Shown here piece after piece: positions 49,216-57,730 of a DNA stretch of 64,000 nucleotides. The notes beneath the pieces are model-generated. The model had not been told where the DNA came from, searched no databases, and saw nothing but the letters and a program-made list of their open reading frames with translations. The stretch is from Paraphysomonas bandaiensis (Eukaryota > Protista > Chrysophyceae). Within the stretch, counting starts at the first letter, position 1. Each line of letters begins with the position of its first letter. Position numbers and translations under genes: made by a program. Location: assembly GCA_965644295.1 (NCBI GenBank), contig CBFFRP010000109.1, positions 62,001-126,000 of the forward strand. Reading direction: 5' to 3'.

Positions 49216-50865
49216 ATGGATGTTAATCAAGACGAAGCCACAGACCTGCAGCGTCTAATGCAGGGATTCGTAGAGCAAATTACGGGCGCAGTAAATACTC
49301 TAACTGAGACAGTAGCTGGGGTGAAAGATGACGTAGCTGGGCTCAAGCACGACGTAGCTGAGGTCAGCGATGAGCTCAAGGAATTGAGAGTAAGAGTAGC
49401 TGTCCTGGAAGGGACTTATTCATTTCCGGAACCATCTCCTCCTAGAAATTCACCAGCACCTGCCAGTGAACTTAGCCAGGAAGAAGCCGTAGAAGAGGCA
49501 AAGTCGAAACAAGGACCTGCTGAGAAGCAGAAGAAGGGCAGACCTTCCGTGTTACATGAGATTGCTCAAGCGTCTAGAAGGCAGTCTATCGACGCAATTA
49601 TTCCAACGCGAACTTCAACCAACGATGAATCAGATCCATTCGATGTAAAGTCAGTCAAAGGTTCTATATTCAGAGAGATTGCCAGCAGCGAGAGACAGGT
49701 AGCCTCGAGTGGAGAAGTGGTGATGCGACAGGCTAAAGAGTGCAATGTCAGAATAGATAGTTTCCAGTTATCGAAGGTGACGAAAGCTATCAAAGCAATC
49801 ATGAATTTTCAGGAGGAAGAGAACACGAAGGTCAGAGTTCAGAAAATTCTCTCTCAAGCATGCAAGGAGCACCTGCGTTCCAAATACCAGTTGACGCAGG
49901 GACAACTGGGATCGCTTGGTATTACAGATCTTATTAGAGTGATAGCCAACGAGACCAAAGTGTTTTCTAGACCAGCGTTTTACAAGGAATTAGAGGAAGC
50001 CCTGCGACATTCCAGAGTCATGGGATGGGCTGTTGTGTCTCCCGTGAACCACGAGACATTCTACCATCAACAGCTAAAATTGATATCGGAGTTCGGAAGA
50101 ATGCTTAACATTATGTTGGAGGGCAACAAGGACTGGTGCCCGAGAATTGATGACAAGCCAGGAGGACTTATTCGGCTTTTCAAAACGTGTAATGATGCAG
50201 AGTACTTCGAACATGTATGGAGTTGCATGACAGAAACTAAGTTTAAGAACATGCAGGAATTCTTTGATCAGTACACCGAAATTATTTCTGATGAGTATCA
50301 GTTGAGTGTAGCTGTTAAGGAAATCCCCTACAAATGTTTAACCGAGCACAAGGAGAGGTTGAGAGTCTACAGAGAAAAAAAAGCGAATGAGAAGAAGATA
50401 TTTTCAAAACCACGCGTCTTGAAACCTCTGAATGCCATCGAGGAAGGAGCGTATGAAATTCCAGACAGTGATGCGGAGCAATCACCAGTTGAAGAAGATG
50501 ACTGGAGGAATTATTTACCAGAACCAGCAGCACCTACCGTGGCAATTTCTGCAGATTTAAAACCAGATGCTTCTTTGAGTATTGATCTAAATGAGTCAGA
50601 TGAGGAGGAAGATGAGATTCCTGAACATCTACATGCGGTGGGACCACCTAACAACTCGGACAAGAAGTATGGATGCTTACAGAAGATACTCACGGGAACT
50701 TGCAAGAGAGACAACTGCAAGTATTTGCACCATGGTCCAGAATTGGTTAAAGCAGCCAAGGAAATGAAATTAAAGATTGATAAATTTGTTCAAGGCACCT
50801 CGGACTCAGGTGCTGCGTCCCAAACTTCCATCATGCGAAGAGAACCCTCGGGTACTCGAGCTTGA
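49216..50865 (+). CDS. Gag-like ORF1 (N-terminal coiled coil, C-terminal CCCH finger)
   Basis: 549-aa ORF directly upstream of and in frame with pol; heptad repeats near the N-terminus; CLQKILTGTCKRDNCKYLH. Confidence 0.85.
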   Translation: MDVNQDEATDLQRLMQGFVEQITGAVNTLTETVAGVKDDVAGLKHDVAEVSDELKELRVRVAVLEGTYSFPEPSPPRNSPAPASELSQEEAVEEAKSKQGPAEKQKKGRPSVLHEIAQASRRQSIDAIIPTRTSTNDESDPFDVKSVKGSIFREIASSERQVASSGEVVMRQAKECNVRIDSFQLSKVTKAIKAIMNFQEEENTKVRVQKILSQACKEHLRSKYQLTQGQLGSLGITDLIRVIANETKVFSRPAFYKELEEALRHSRVMGWAVVSPVNHETFYHQQLKLISEFGRMLNIMLEGNKDWCPRIDDKPGGLIRLFKTCNDAEYFEHVWSCMTETKFKNMQEFFDQYTEIISDEYQLSVAVKEIPYKCLTEHKERLRVYREKKANEKKIFSKPRVLKPLNAIEEGAYEIPDSDAEQSPVEEDDWRNYLPEPAAPTVAISADLKPDASLSIDLNESDEEEDEIPEHLHAVGPPNNSDKKYGCLQKILTGTCKRDNCKYLHHGPELVKAAKEMKLKIDKFVQGTSDSGAASQTSIMRREPSGTRA

Positions 50866-53800
50866 CTAGGAAGTAGAGACACTGAATATGTACATAGTAG
50901 GCAAAAAGTCGAGCATGAAGAATCTTGCGAGAGTGAAGATGATAAGAGGAGAACGCTTTCACAGGATTTTGATTTACGTAGACTGAAGCAAGAAGACAAT
51001 AGGTCTTCGGTTTTATACGCCAGTTATCCAGATAAGAAAATTCTGTCCAGTAGTCACACGGTAGGAAGAGTAGTGCTAAACAGAAAAATGGACATTGAAG
51101 AATTAGTATATATATTATGTGATACGGGAGCCTTGTCAGCAAATTATGTTAGTGCTGATTTAATCAAAAGAATACGAAGTAGATTAGATGACAAAGATAT
51201 TATGAAGACCAAGTGCAGAGTCATATTGGCGGACAGTCGAACAGTGAAACCTTTGAAGGAGGCAGTGAAGTTAAATTTGAAAGTTGAAGACAAGAGAGCC
51301 AGGACCCATACTTACACTGGTGAATTTTTCGTCTTAGACATGAAGAGTCAGGATATTATATTAGGTTTACCTGCTCTCACAGGAAAATTATACCCATTCA
51401 TGGATCAGATGCTCAGAGAAGCCAATCAGGAGCTAAAGGATAGTGGTGGTTATGAAGTGGAGCTGAACCAGATAGATGAGATGCAAAATACGAATGATCT
51501 TGAACAGAGAAGATTAAATTCTGTCACAAAAGGTAGTTTGGTTAAACCATGGTTAAAATCGAATGATGATGAAGCACCTGAAGAAGCTGAAGTAGAATTG
51601 CCGGTGAACTTTGGAGATGCGTTAACGTTTTTGGGAAAGCCACGGCAAGAAGCCGTGCAGGATTATCACGACCTTATTGACAAACATGTCAGTGAGGAAC
51701 TTAGGACAAACACGGATATAGTAGCGTTATTAAAAGGTAAAGCGGAGAAAGTTTTTGTTCCAGAGGAATGGAGCGGTATAAAAGGAATAGAGCCGTTACG
51801 TTTAAAATGGAAAGAGAGTTTACCGGAACGTATGAAGCCGAAGGCGAGACCTATCAACCCGAAACTTTGGGAAGCGTCGGAGAAGGAATTTCATAGACTA
51901 TGTGGTTGTTTCTATGGTAAAAGTAGATCGCCATGGGCATCATGTTTAGTAGTTGCACCAAAGGCTACGCCACCCTACATAAGATTCTGTGGGGACTACG
52001 TCCAGATAAACAAGCATATGGAAGTTGGCAACCACACAATCCCAAATGTGCGACATGAAATTCAAAAGATTACAAATTTCCCGTTATACATGGATATTGA
52101 TTTAACAAATGCGTTCCATCAAGTAGCATTGCATGAAGAAACATCGGAGAGATTATCTATTCAAACACCATGGGGACAGTTCGCTCCGAAGTTTATGCCC
52201 GAAGGCATCGCACCTGCCACTGGAATTCTTCAAGAAGTTGTAAGAGATTTGTTTTCAGACTTCAGCGACTGGGCCATCGTAATTTTTGATAATATGTTAA
52301 TCTTAGCGGAGGATGCCACAGACGCTTATAAGAAGTTCGAAATGATAATTGACCGGTGTATTGAACGTAATGTAAAACTCAAAATGCCTAAGAGTTGGCT
52401 GGGATTCCGGGAAGTGAATTTCTTTGGCTACGTGTGCAGACACAAATCGTATGAGGTCAGTCCTGATAAGAAGGAAGCTTTGGCTAACATTCCAATGCCT
52501 ACGAGTACTAAGACGGCCAGAAGCTTACTAGGAAAAGGAGTTTTCTTCTCAGGGTTCACACCTAGATATTCTGACTTGGTAGGTCATCTTCCGGACATGA
52601 CCAAGAAAACTTTTAACTGGGATAAATCTACATGGAAGCATGATTACGAAGAGGAGTATAGAAGATTCATAAAGGGTCTACAAGATGCCTGTGAGTTATT
52701 TTATCCCGACTATTCGTTAGAATGGATCCTAAGAACTGATGCTAGCGAGCTAGGAGTAGGAGCAGTATTATTACAGAAGAAAATTTTAGAGGATGGTACT
52801 GTTCAGTTACAACCAATAGCATTTATATCGAAAAAATTCTCAACGCAAGCACAACGATGGGCTACGATAGAGCAGGAAGGCTACGGTATCTATTATGCTG
52901 TCAGAAACCTCGCATATTATTTAGTGGGCAAGGAGTTTATTATTGAGACCGATCATAACAATTTAGTGTGGATGGAGGCATCTGAAGTACCGAAAATTGT
53001 GAGATGGCGTATATACCTGCAATCGTTTAACTTTATGATTCGGCACATTCCAGGTTCTCAAAATTGGTTAGCAGATTGGCTCTCCAGAGCACATAAGTTG
53101 CAACATTTGGCTGGTATATTTCCTGATATGGACATTGAGGAATACATTGATGAAACTATGTTGGGCAACTTAGACATCTATCTTAACAATTTTATGGATC
53201 CGGATGACAAGGAAGAAGAGTTGGAACCGTTGTATTTATCCAAAGAGGAATGTTTTCAAGCAGTTCATAATGCCAGACAAGGTCACAAAGGAGCTTATGC
53301 CACGTGGGTAAAATTGAATAAGAAATGCCCGGGACACAGGATATCTTTTGAAGAAGTCACCGAGATGATCAATAAATGTCCCAACTGTGCTAAGACACGA
53401 CTCGGAATGCAAGAAGCTTTGATAGCTATACCTCGCAGTTTAAAACCACCTTCAGCTCGTAGTGCCATCGGTATCGATGCAGTGGAAATTACACCCCACG
53501 GTAAAGAAGGCTACACGCATATTAACGTGGTGGTAAATCTGTTTACAAAACATGTCTTCCTCGAACCAGTGAAGGGAGTCACTGCCATAAATCTTGCTAA
53601 TACTGTATGGAAGTATTGGAGTCAATTTGGTCATACTGATGTGATCATATCGGATCAAGGACCTGATCTAAAATCCCAATTATTTGATCAACTTTGCTCA
53701 TATATCGGTGTCAAACACACATTCAGCATAGCGGATAGACATGCCAACGGATGCGAGAGGATCATAGGAGAGGTAGTGCGGCATTTAAGAGCATTAGTAT

Positions 53801-54867
53801 TCGATTACAGCGAGAAAGAAGAGAAGCGAGATGTATTTGAAGACCCCAGCTGGATTCCTACAGTGGCACATGTATTGAATTCTGAAGTATCATCTGAAAC
53901 GGGGTATTCGCCTTTTGAGTTAACATTTGGTTCTGAGAGTGAGAGGTATAACAATATGGGAAGGGATGAAGTACCAGAGAAAGCCCATGCTAGACTACAT
54001 AAACTCAATGATAATCTAGCTCTGTTGCAACGCAGTTCGAGAGAATATCAAGATAAGTTGAAGGCCAAACGTTTCAGTAAAGGCATATCTCCTCAGCGAC
54101 AGAATCAGTATCAGCCGGGCGACTTTGTTTTATTTGACAAAGGGGCCAAGGTTTACCCTAAAATGTCTCATAGATACCTAGGACCATTTCAGGTTATATC
54201 GCAATATAAGAATGATATTGACTGCAAACATTTGGTGACCGGAGTTGTAACAAAAGTAGATGTACGGGATGTAAAATTATATCCCGGAGACAGGGAACAA
54301 GCCTATAAAATGGCTATGCGAGATCATGATCAGCATGAGATCGACACTATTTTATATTACACTGGAGACAGAGAACGGCGTTCAACAATGTTGTTTACAG
54401 TACGTTTCAAGGATGGAGATATCAGAGAGCTACCTTACAGCCAGGATTTATTTGATTCCATAGCCTATGAGGAATTCTGTAGCAGCAAGCCTTATCTACA
54501 TCATCTTATTTATACCACGGATGGGGCCGCCAAATATATCAGTGAGAAGAGGAAGCAGTCAATAACTACGGTTCAACCGGGTGACGAGGTGTATGTAGAT
54601 ATCAGAGTATTCGGAGATGACTGGTATGATGCCCTACAACTACCAGATTCGCCCACTGTTACATATGTGATGCAATTTATGCTCACTCACTGGTATCATA
54701 AAACCAGCAAGAAGCTAATTTCTGTCAAGAATCCCATGACCAAAGCCACATACAGATTTGATAACTACCATGTGAAATGTTTTGTACATCGCGACTTCGA
54801 TCCGACAACTATGGTACTGATAGATTCCGACTTTGCGCTACGTTTTCCCCAAGTCCATCAACATTAA
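50866..54867 (+). CDS. Gypsy Pol (protease, RT, RNase H, integrase, chromo-like domain), probably made by readthrough of the gag UGA
   Basis: Frame is open from 50866; CDTGA; IRFCGDY, DIDLTNAFHQ, MPEG, IFDN; TDASELGVGAVL, ETDH, LADWLSR; HHCC, IGID, SDQG, NGCER, GPF. Confidence 0.95.
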   Translation, partial: LGSRDTEYVHSRQKVEHEESCESEDDKRRTLSQDFDLRRLKQEDNRSSVLYASYPDKKILSSSHTVGRVVLNRKMDIEELVYILCDTGALSANYVSADLIKRIRSRLDDKDIMKTKCRVILADSRTVKPLKEAVKLNLKVEDKRARTHTYTGEFFVLDMKSQDIILGLPALTGKLYPFMDQMLREANQELKDSGGYEVELNQIDEMQNTNDLEQRRLNSVTKGSLVKPWLKSNDDEAPEEAEVELPVNFGDALTFLGKPRQEAVQDYHDLIDKHVSEELRTNTDIVALLKGKAEKVFVPEEWSGIKGIEPLRLKWKESLPERMKPKARPINPKLWEASEKEFHRLCGCFYGKSRSPWASCLVVAPKATPPYIRFCGDYVQINKHMEVGNHTIPNVRHEIQKITNFPLYMDIDLTNAFHQVALHEETSERLSIQTPWGQFAPKFMPEGIAPATGILQEVVRDLFSDFSDWAIVIFDNMLILAEDATDAYKKFEMIIDRCIERNVKLKMPKSWLGFREVNFFGYVCRHKSYEVSPDKKEALANIPMPTSTKTARSLLGKGVFFSGFTPRYSDLVGHLPDMTKKTFNWDKSTWKHDYEEEYRRFIKGLQDACELFYPDYSLEWILRTDASELGVGAVLLQKKILEDGTVQLQPIAFISKKFSTQAQRWATIEQEGYGIYYAVRNLAYYLVGKEFIIETDHNNLVWMEASEVPKIVRWRIYLQSFNFMIRHIPGSQNWLADWLSRAHKLQHLAGIFPDMDIEEYIDETMLGNLDIYLNNFMDPDDKEEELEPLYLSKEECFQAVHNARQGHKGAYATWVKLNKKCPGHRISFEEVTEMINKCPNCAKTRLGMQEALIAIPRSLKPPSARSAIGIDAVEITPHGKEGYTHINVVVNLFTKHVFLEPVKGVTAINLANTVWKYWSQFGHTDVIISDQGPDLKSQLFDQLCSYIGVKHTFSIADRHANGCERIIGEVVRHLRALVFDYSEKEEKRDVFEDPSWIPTVAHVLNSEVSSETGYSPFELTFGSESERYNNMGRDEVPEKAHARLHKLNDNLALLQRSSREYQDKLKAKRFSKGISPQRQNQYQPGDFVLFDKGAKVYPKMSHRYLGPFQVISQYKNDIDCKHLVTGVVTKVDVRDVKLYPGDREQAYKMAMRDHDQHEIDTILYYTGDRERRSTMLFTVRFKDGDIRELPYSQDLFDSIAYEEFCSSKPYLHHLIYTTDGAAKYISEKRKQSITTVQPGDEVYVDIRVFGDDWYDALQLPDSPTVTYVMQFMLTHWYHKTSKKLISVKNPMTKATYRFDNYHVKCFVHRDFDPTTMVLIDSDFALRFPQVHQH

Positions 54868-54906
54868 TTTTGACTTAGTTTTATACTGAGTTATATATTA
54901 TTATCG

Positions 54907-54944
54907 AAAAAAAAAAAAAAAAAAAAAGAGAGGGAAAAAGGTAG
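54907..54944 (+). promoter_or_regulatory. Poly(A) run plus polypurine tract of the Gypsy element
   Basis: A21 then GAGAGGGAAAAAGGTAG, followed by TGTAAC. Confidence 0.7.
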
Positions 54945-55679
54945 TGTAACCCTGGGGGTTTATATAGTAGCAAGTGTAGTAGTGAAATAGGGTATTCAAC
55001 GACAAGAAGAGAGTCAACAACAGAAGAAGGACAGCAAACAGTACAAGATAATTATTTACGAAGGAAGTGCAAACATCTAGCCACGAGTCACGGAATTACA
55101 ACAAGCCATTCACACTGAAGTGCATACTTGCGGCTACTCTAGGCAGTTATTAATATCACAACACTCAAAACACGTTACCCAGTATCTCTACTACTTGCAA
55201 TACATGTGAAGCCAGCCGACTGCACCTGTTGTTTTACGACGTAGAAGCAATAAGGGCAATGGAGAGAGACTTAGGTAGCATCAACGTGATGTACACACAA
55301 TTCTCTCTGCATCATCCTCAGAACAGCATAAGAAGGGATCTTCAGATGTTGCTAGTACATCCTGAACATAAATGTCTCAAGTTAAGTGCAGAACTATGGA
55401 TGTACACAGCCCAATACCTCTGTGAGCTGCATTTTCATGATGGTGCTCTGGATGTGGAGATGAGCAGGAGTTAGGACCATTCAAGAGCATACTATAGACG
55501 CTATGCATGGTGATGCTGCTAAGCAGGCATAGTGGGTGGCTATTATGGCAAGCGTGTGGCTTAAAGAGGAATATATGGAGAGAGTAAAGATGCAATAAGT
55601 TTTATATGAGTTTAGGGAGTATGATAAGAGCAGTAGACTATCAGCGAATACGGTATCACGTTACTCATTTTAGTTAGCT

Positions 55680-55762
55680 GTTTTTCAGTTTTATCACTAT
55701 GGTTTTATTTCAGTTTTATGCGCAGTTATTCAGTTTCATACGCTGTTATTCAGTTTTGTTTT
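55680..55762 (+). repeat. Short degenerate tandem repeat (TTCAGTTT core, ~20-25 nt period)
   Basis: Four occurrences of TTCAGTTT with related spacers. Confidence 0.6.
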
Positions 55763-56070
55763 ATTGTCATAATACGTGTGGTATACACGGTGTATGCAAG
55801 AATGCATGCGGTGTGGTGTGTGTGATATAAAATGAACTTGGTTCATTCTGTAGATGCGTACCATTCTATATGTTATTCCTTGCATGTCATTGTTTTAAGT
55901 TACTTGACACTGTCTTAACAGCGATCTTTATTCTTAGAGGGAATACTGCGCGGCGTTATCTAGCGGATATCGTTGACCGTGTTGGGTGATTTAACAGTAA
56001 TAATAAGTGTTTACTCACACCTTATTGTACATTTTGTTGGGAGCAAACCCGCAAGTCTGGTTTGTGCATA

Positions 56071-56568
56071 CAACAAAGTCGGACTCGCACCTTTTCGTGG
56101 TGTTCTGGGGGATAAGTACCAGAGAGATTCTCATATATATATATAAACATATAGTCAGCAGATATTCTTCTGCCCACTCATAGCCGAATGCTTGTGTGGT
56201 ACAAGGGACACCAATAAGTGTTACATGTGTAGACGTCTTTGGTCCCTGACGAATAAACAGGCATCCGGGAATGTGCCCACCTCAAGGGCATCCGGGACAG
56301 GGCCCACCTGAAGGGTAACCGGGGTATTGGGCTGCCTGCTGAAATCAAGCATCCGGTATGTTCACCTTAAGAACTCAGAGCGGAAGTGGTCGCACCTTGG
56401 TGCTTGCGGCGACGCACAAGCAGCTTCAGTAGGATTACAGAAGTGTATACAGATTAGTCACAGGTAGAGGTCTAACTAGTTTGTCTAGCATTCATCTAGC
56501 TACTATAAGTTGGTGCAGGTTTTTAACGCCTATTGCTAATAATAAGACTTTCAATATGGTAGCTACAC
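56071..56568 (+). repeat. Dispersed repeat family, copy 5
   Basis: Collinear with copy 1; internal 27-nt duplication GGCATCCGGGA..GCCCACCT; lacks the TATCAACATTCTGC block. Confidence 0.9.
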
Positions 56569-56891
56569 CGCCCACCACACATAGGAACCCCTCCACTCAT
56601 ACACTTAGGACCACAGCACCGGACCGCATGACATCATCAGCAGGCCCTAGACAGCGACGCCGTCTCTGGCAACTACACCTATGCGCGACGCTCAAACGGT
56701 GCACGGTGACAAAGCCACAAACCACCACACCACCCACCTCACAACACGCACATCTAGTGCTCGGTAGACCTTAATGCATAACCCTGTGCATCAGAGCCTG
56801 GTGGAACCTTATCCCAAGGGGAGACCTCCGGACAACACGCGCCAGTGAGTCCTAAGATTCACGAGCAGGGCGAAAATCACAAACAACATCA

Positions 56892-57172
56892 AGAACGGAA
56901 GTGGTCGCACCTTGGTGCTTGCGGCGACGCACAAGCAGCTTCTGTAGCGCTAAATAGTAGGATAATAGAATTTGTGCTGATTAGTTATGGGTAGAGGTCT
57001 AACTAGTATGTCTAGCATTCAACTAGCCACTATATTGGCACGAGTTTTTAACGCCTATTGCTAAATAAAAAGACTTTCAATATTAGTTTGTCTAGCATTC
57101 ATCTAGCTACTAAGTTGGCGCAGGTTTTTAACGCCTATTGCTAATAATAAGACTTTCAATATGGTAGCTACA
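56892..57172 (+). repeat. Dispersed repeat family, copy 6 (3' module only, with duplicated tail)
   Basis: CGGAAGTGGTCGCACCTTGGTGCTTGCGGCGACGCACAAGCAGCTTC is identical to 56380-56426; 57084-57172 nearly duplicates 56477-56567. Confidence 0.92.
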
Positions 57173-57730
57173 CAGATGAGCATATAGTCCAGAACTTAAA
57201 AATACATTACGGAATAAAGACGGCAGAATTGCAATCTTGTTTACAGAGTACACGAATACACATCATATTAAATAATGATTTTTTAAAATTCCTTTACGAT
57301 TTACGTGTTTAGTTTGTGTCATACGTTATAAGCTAGATACTGTAGAAAACTTGTAATCGTGAATTTCCCTAACTACTCGACGTGATAGGTAGATAGATCA
57401 AGTTAAAATTCGATCAATGAATTCAATTAATTCAGTATCTGTCATCCACTGTTTCCGCAACACTACAAAGAAATATTGAATTGTGAATACATTACTTATT
57501 GCACATTTGGGTTGGTTTAATGATAATAAATAGCTCTCATATAGCTAATAAAAACATAAGGACTATAATAACAGAACAGAAACATACATAAAATAAATGT
57601 GCTATCATTTACAGTGATAAATGTAACAAATAATCACATATACACACAAACAATCATTACAGTTATTGGGTACTCTCTTGGGCTCCTGATACAGGGGAAT
57701 TAAATATAGAAACATAGTGCCCACAACAGT

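Larger units (their letters stand above)
49216..54944 (+). mobile_element. Atypical Ty3/Gypsy retroelement (chromodomain-like C-terminus); boundaries unresolved, no LTR pair found
   Basis: Domain order PR-RT-RH-IN; uninterrupted ORFs; poly(A) plus purine tract followed by TGTAAC at 54945. Confidence 0.93.

Noticed and set aside
50863-50865. UGA as selenocysteine
   Set aside because: No SECIS recognised by eye, the position is a linker rather than a redox motif, and the CUAG context points to generic readthrough; not formally excluded
51073-51075. GTG start for pol given by the ORF track
   Set aside because: The frame is open back to the gag stop; a GTG start is unlikely in a eukaryote and readthrough explains it better
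49207-55150. Shared 11-mer TAGGCAGTTAT (49207 and 55140) as an LTR remnant
   Set aside because: Similarity does not extend on either side and it overlaps the gag start; compatible with chance
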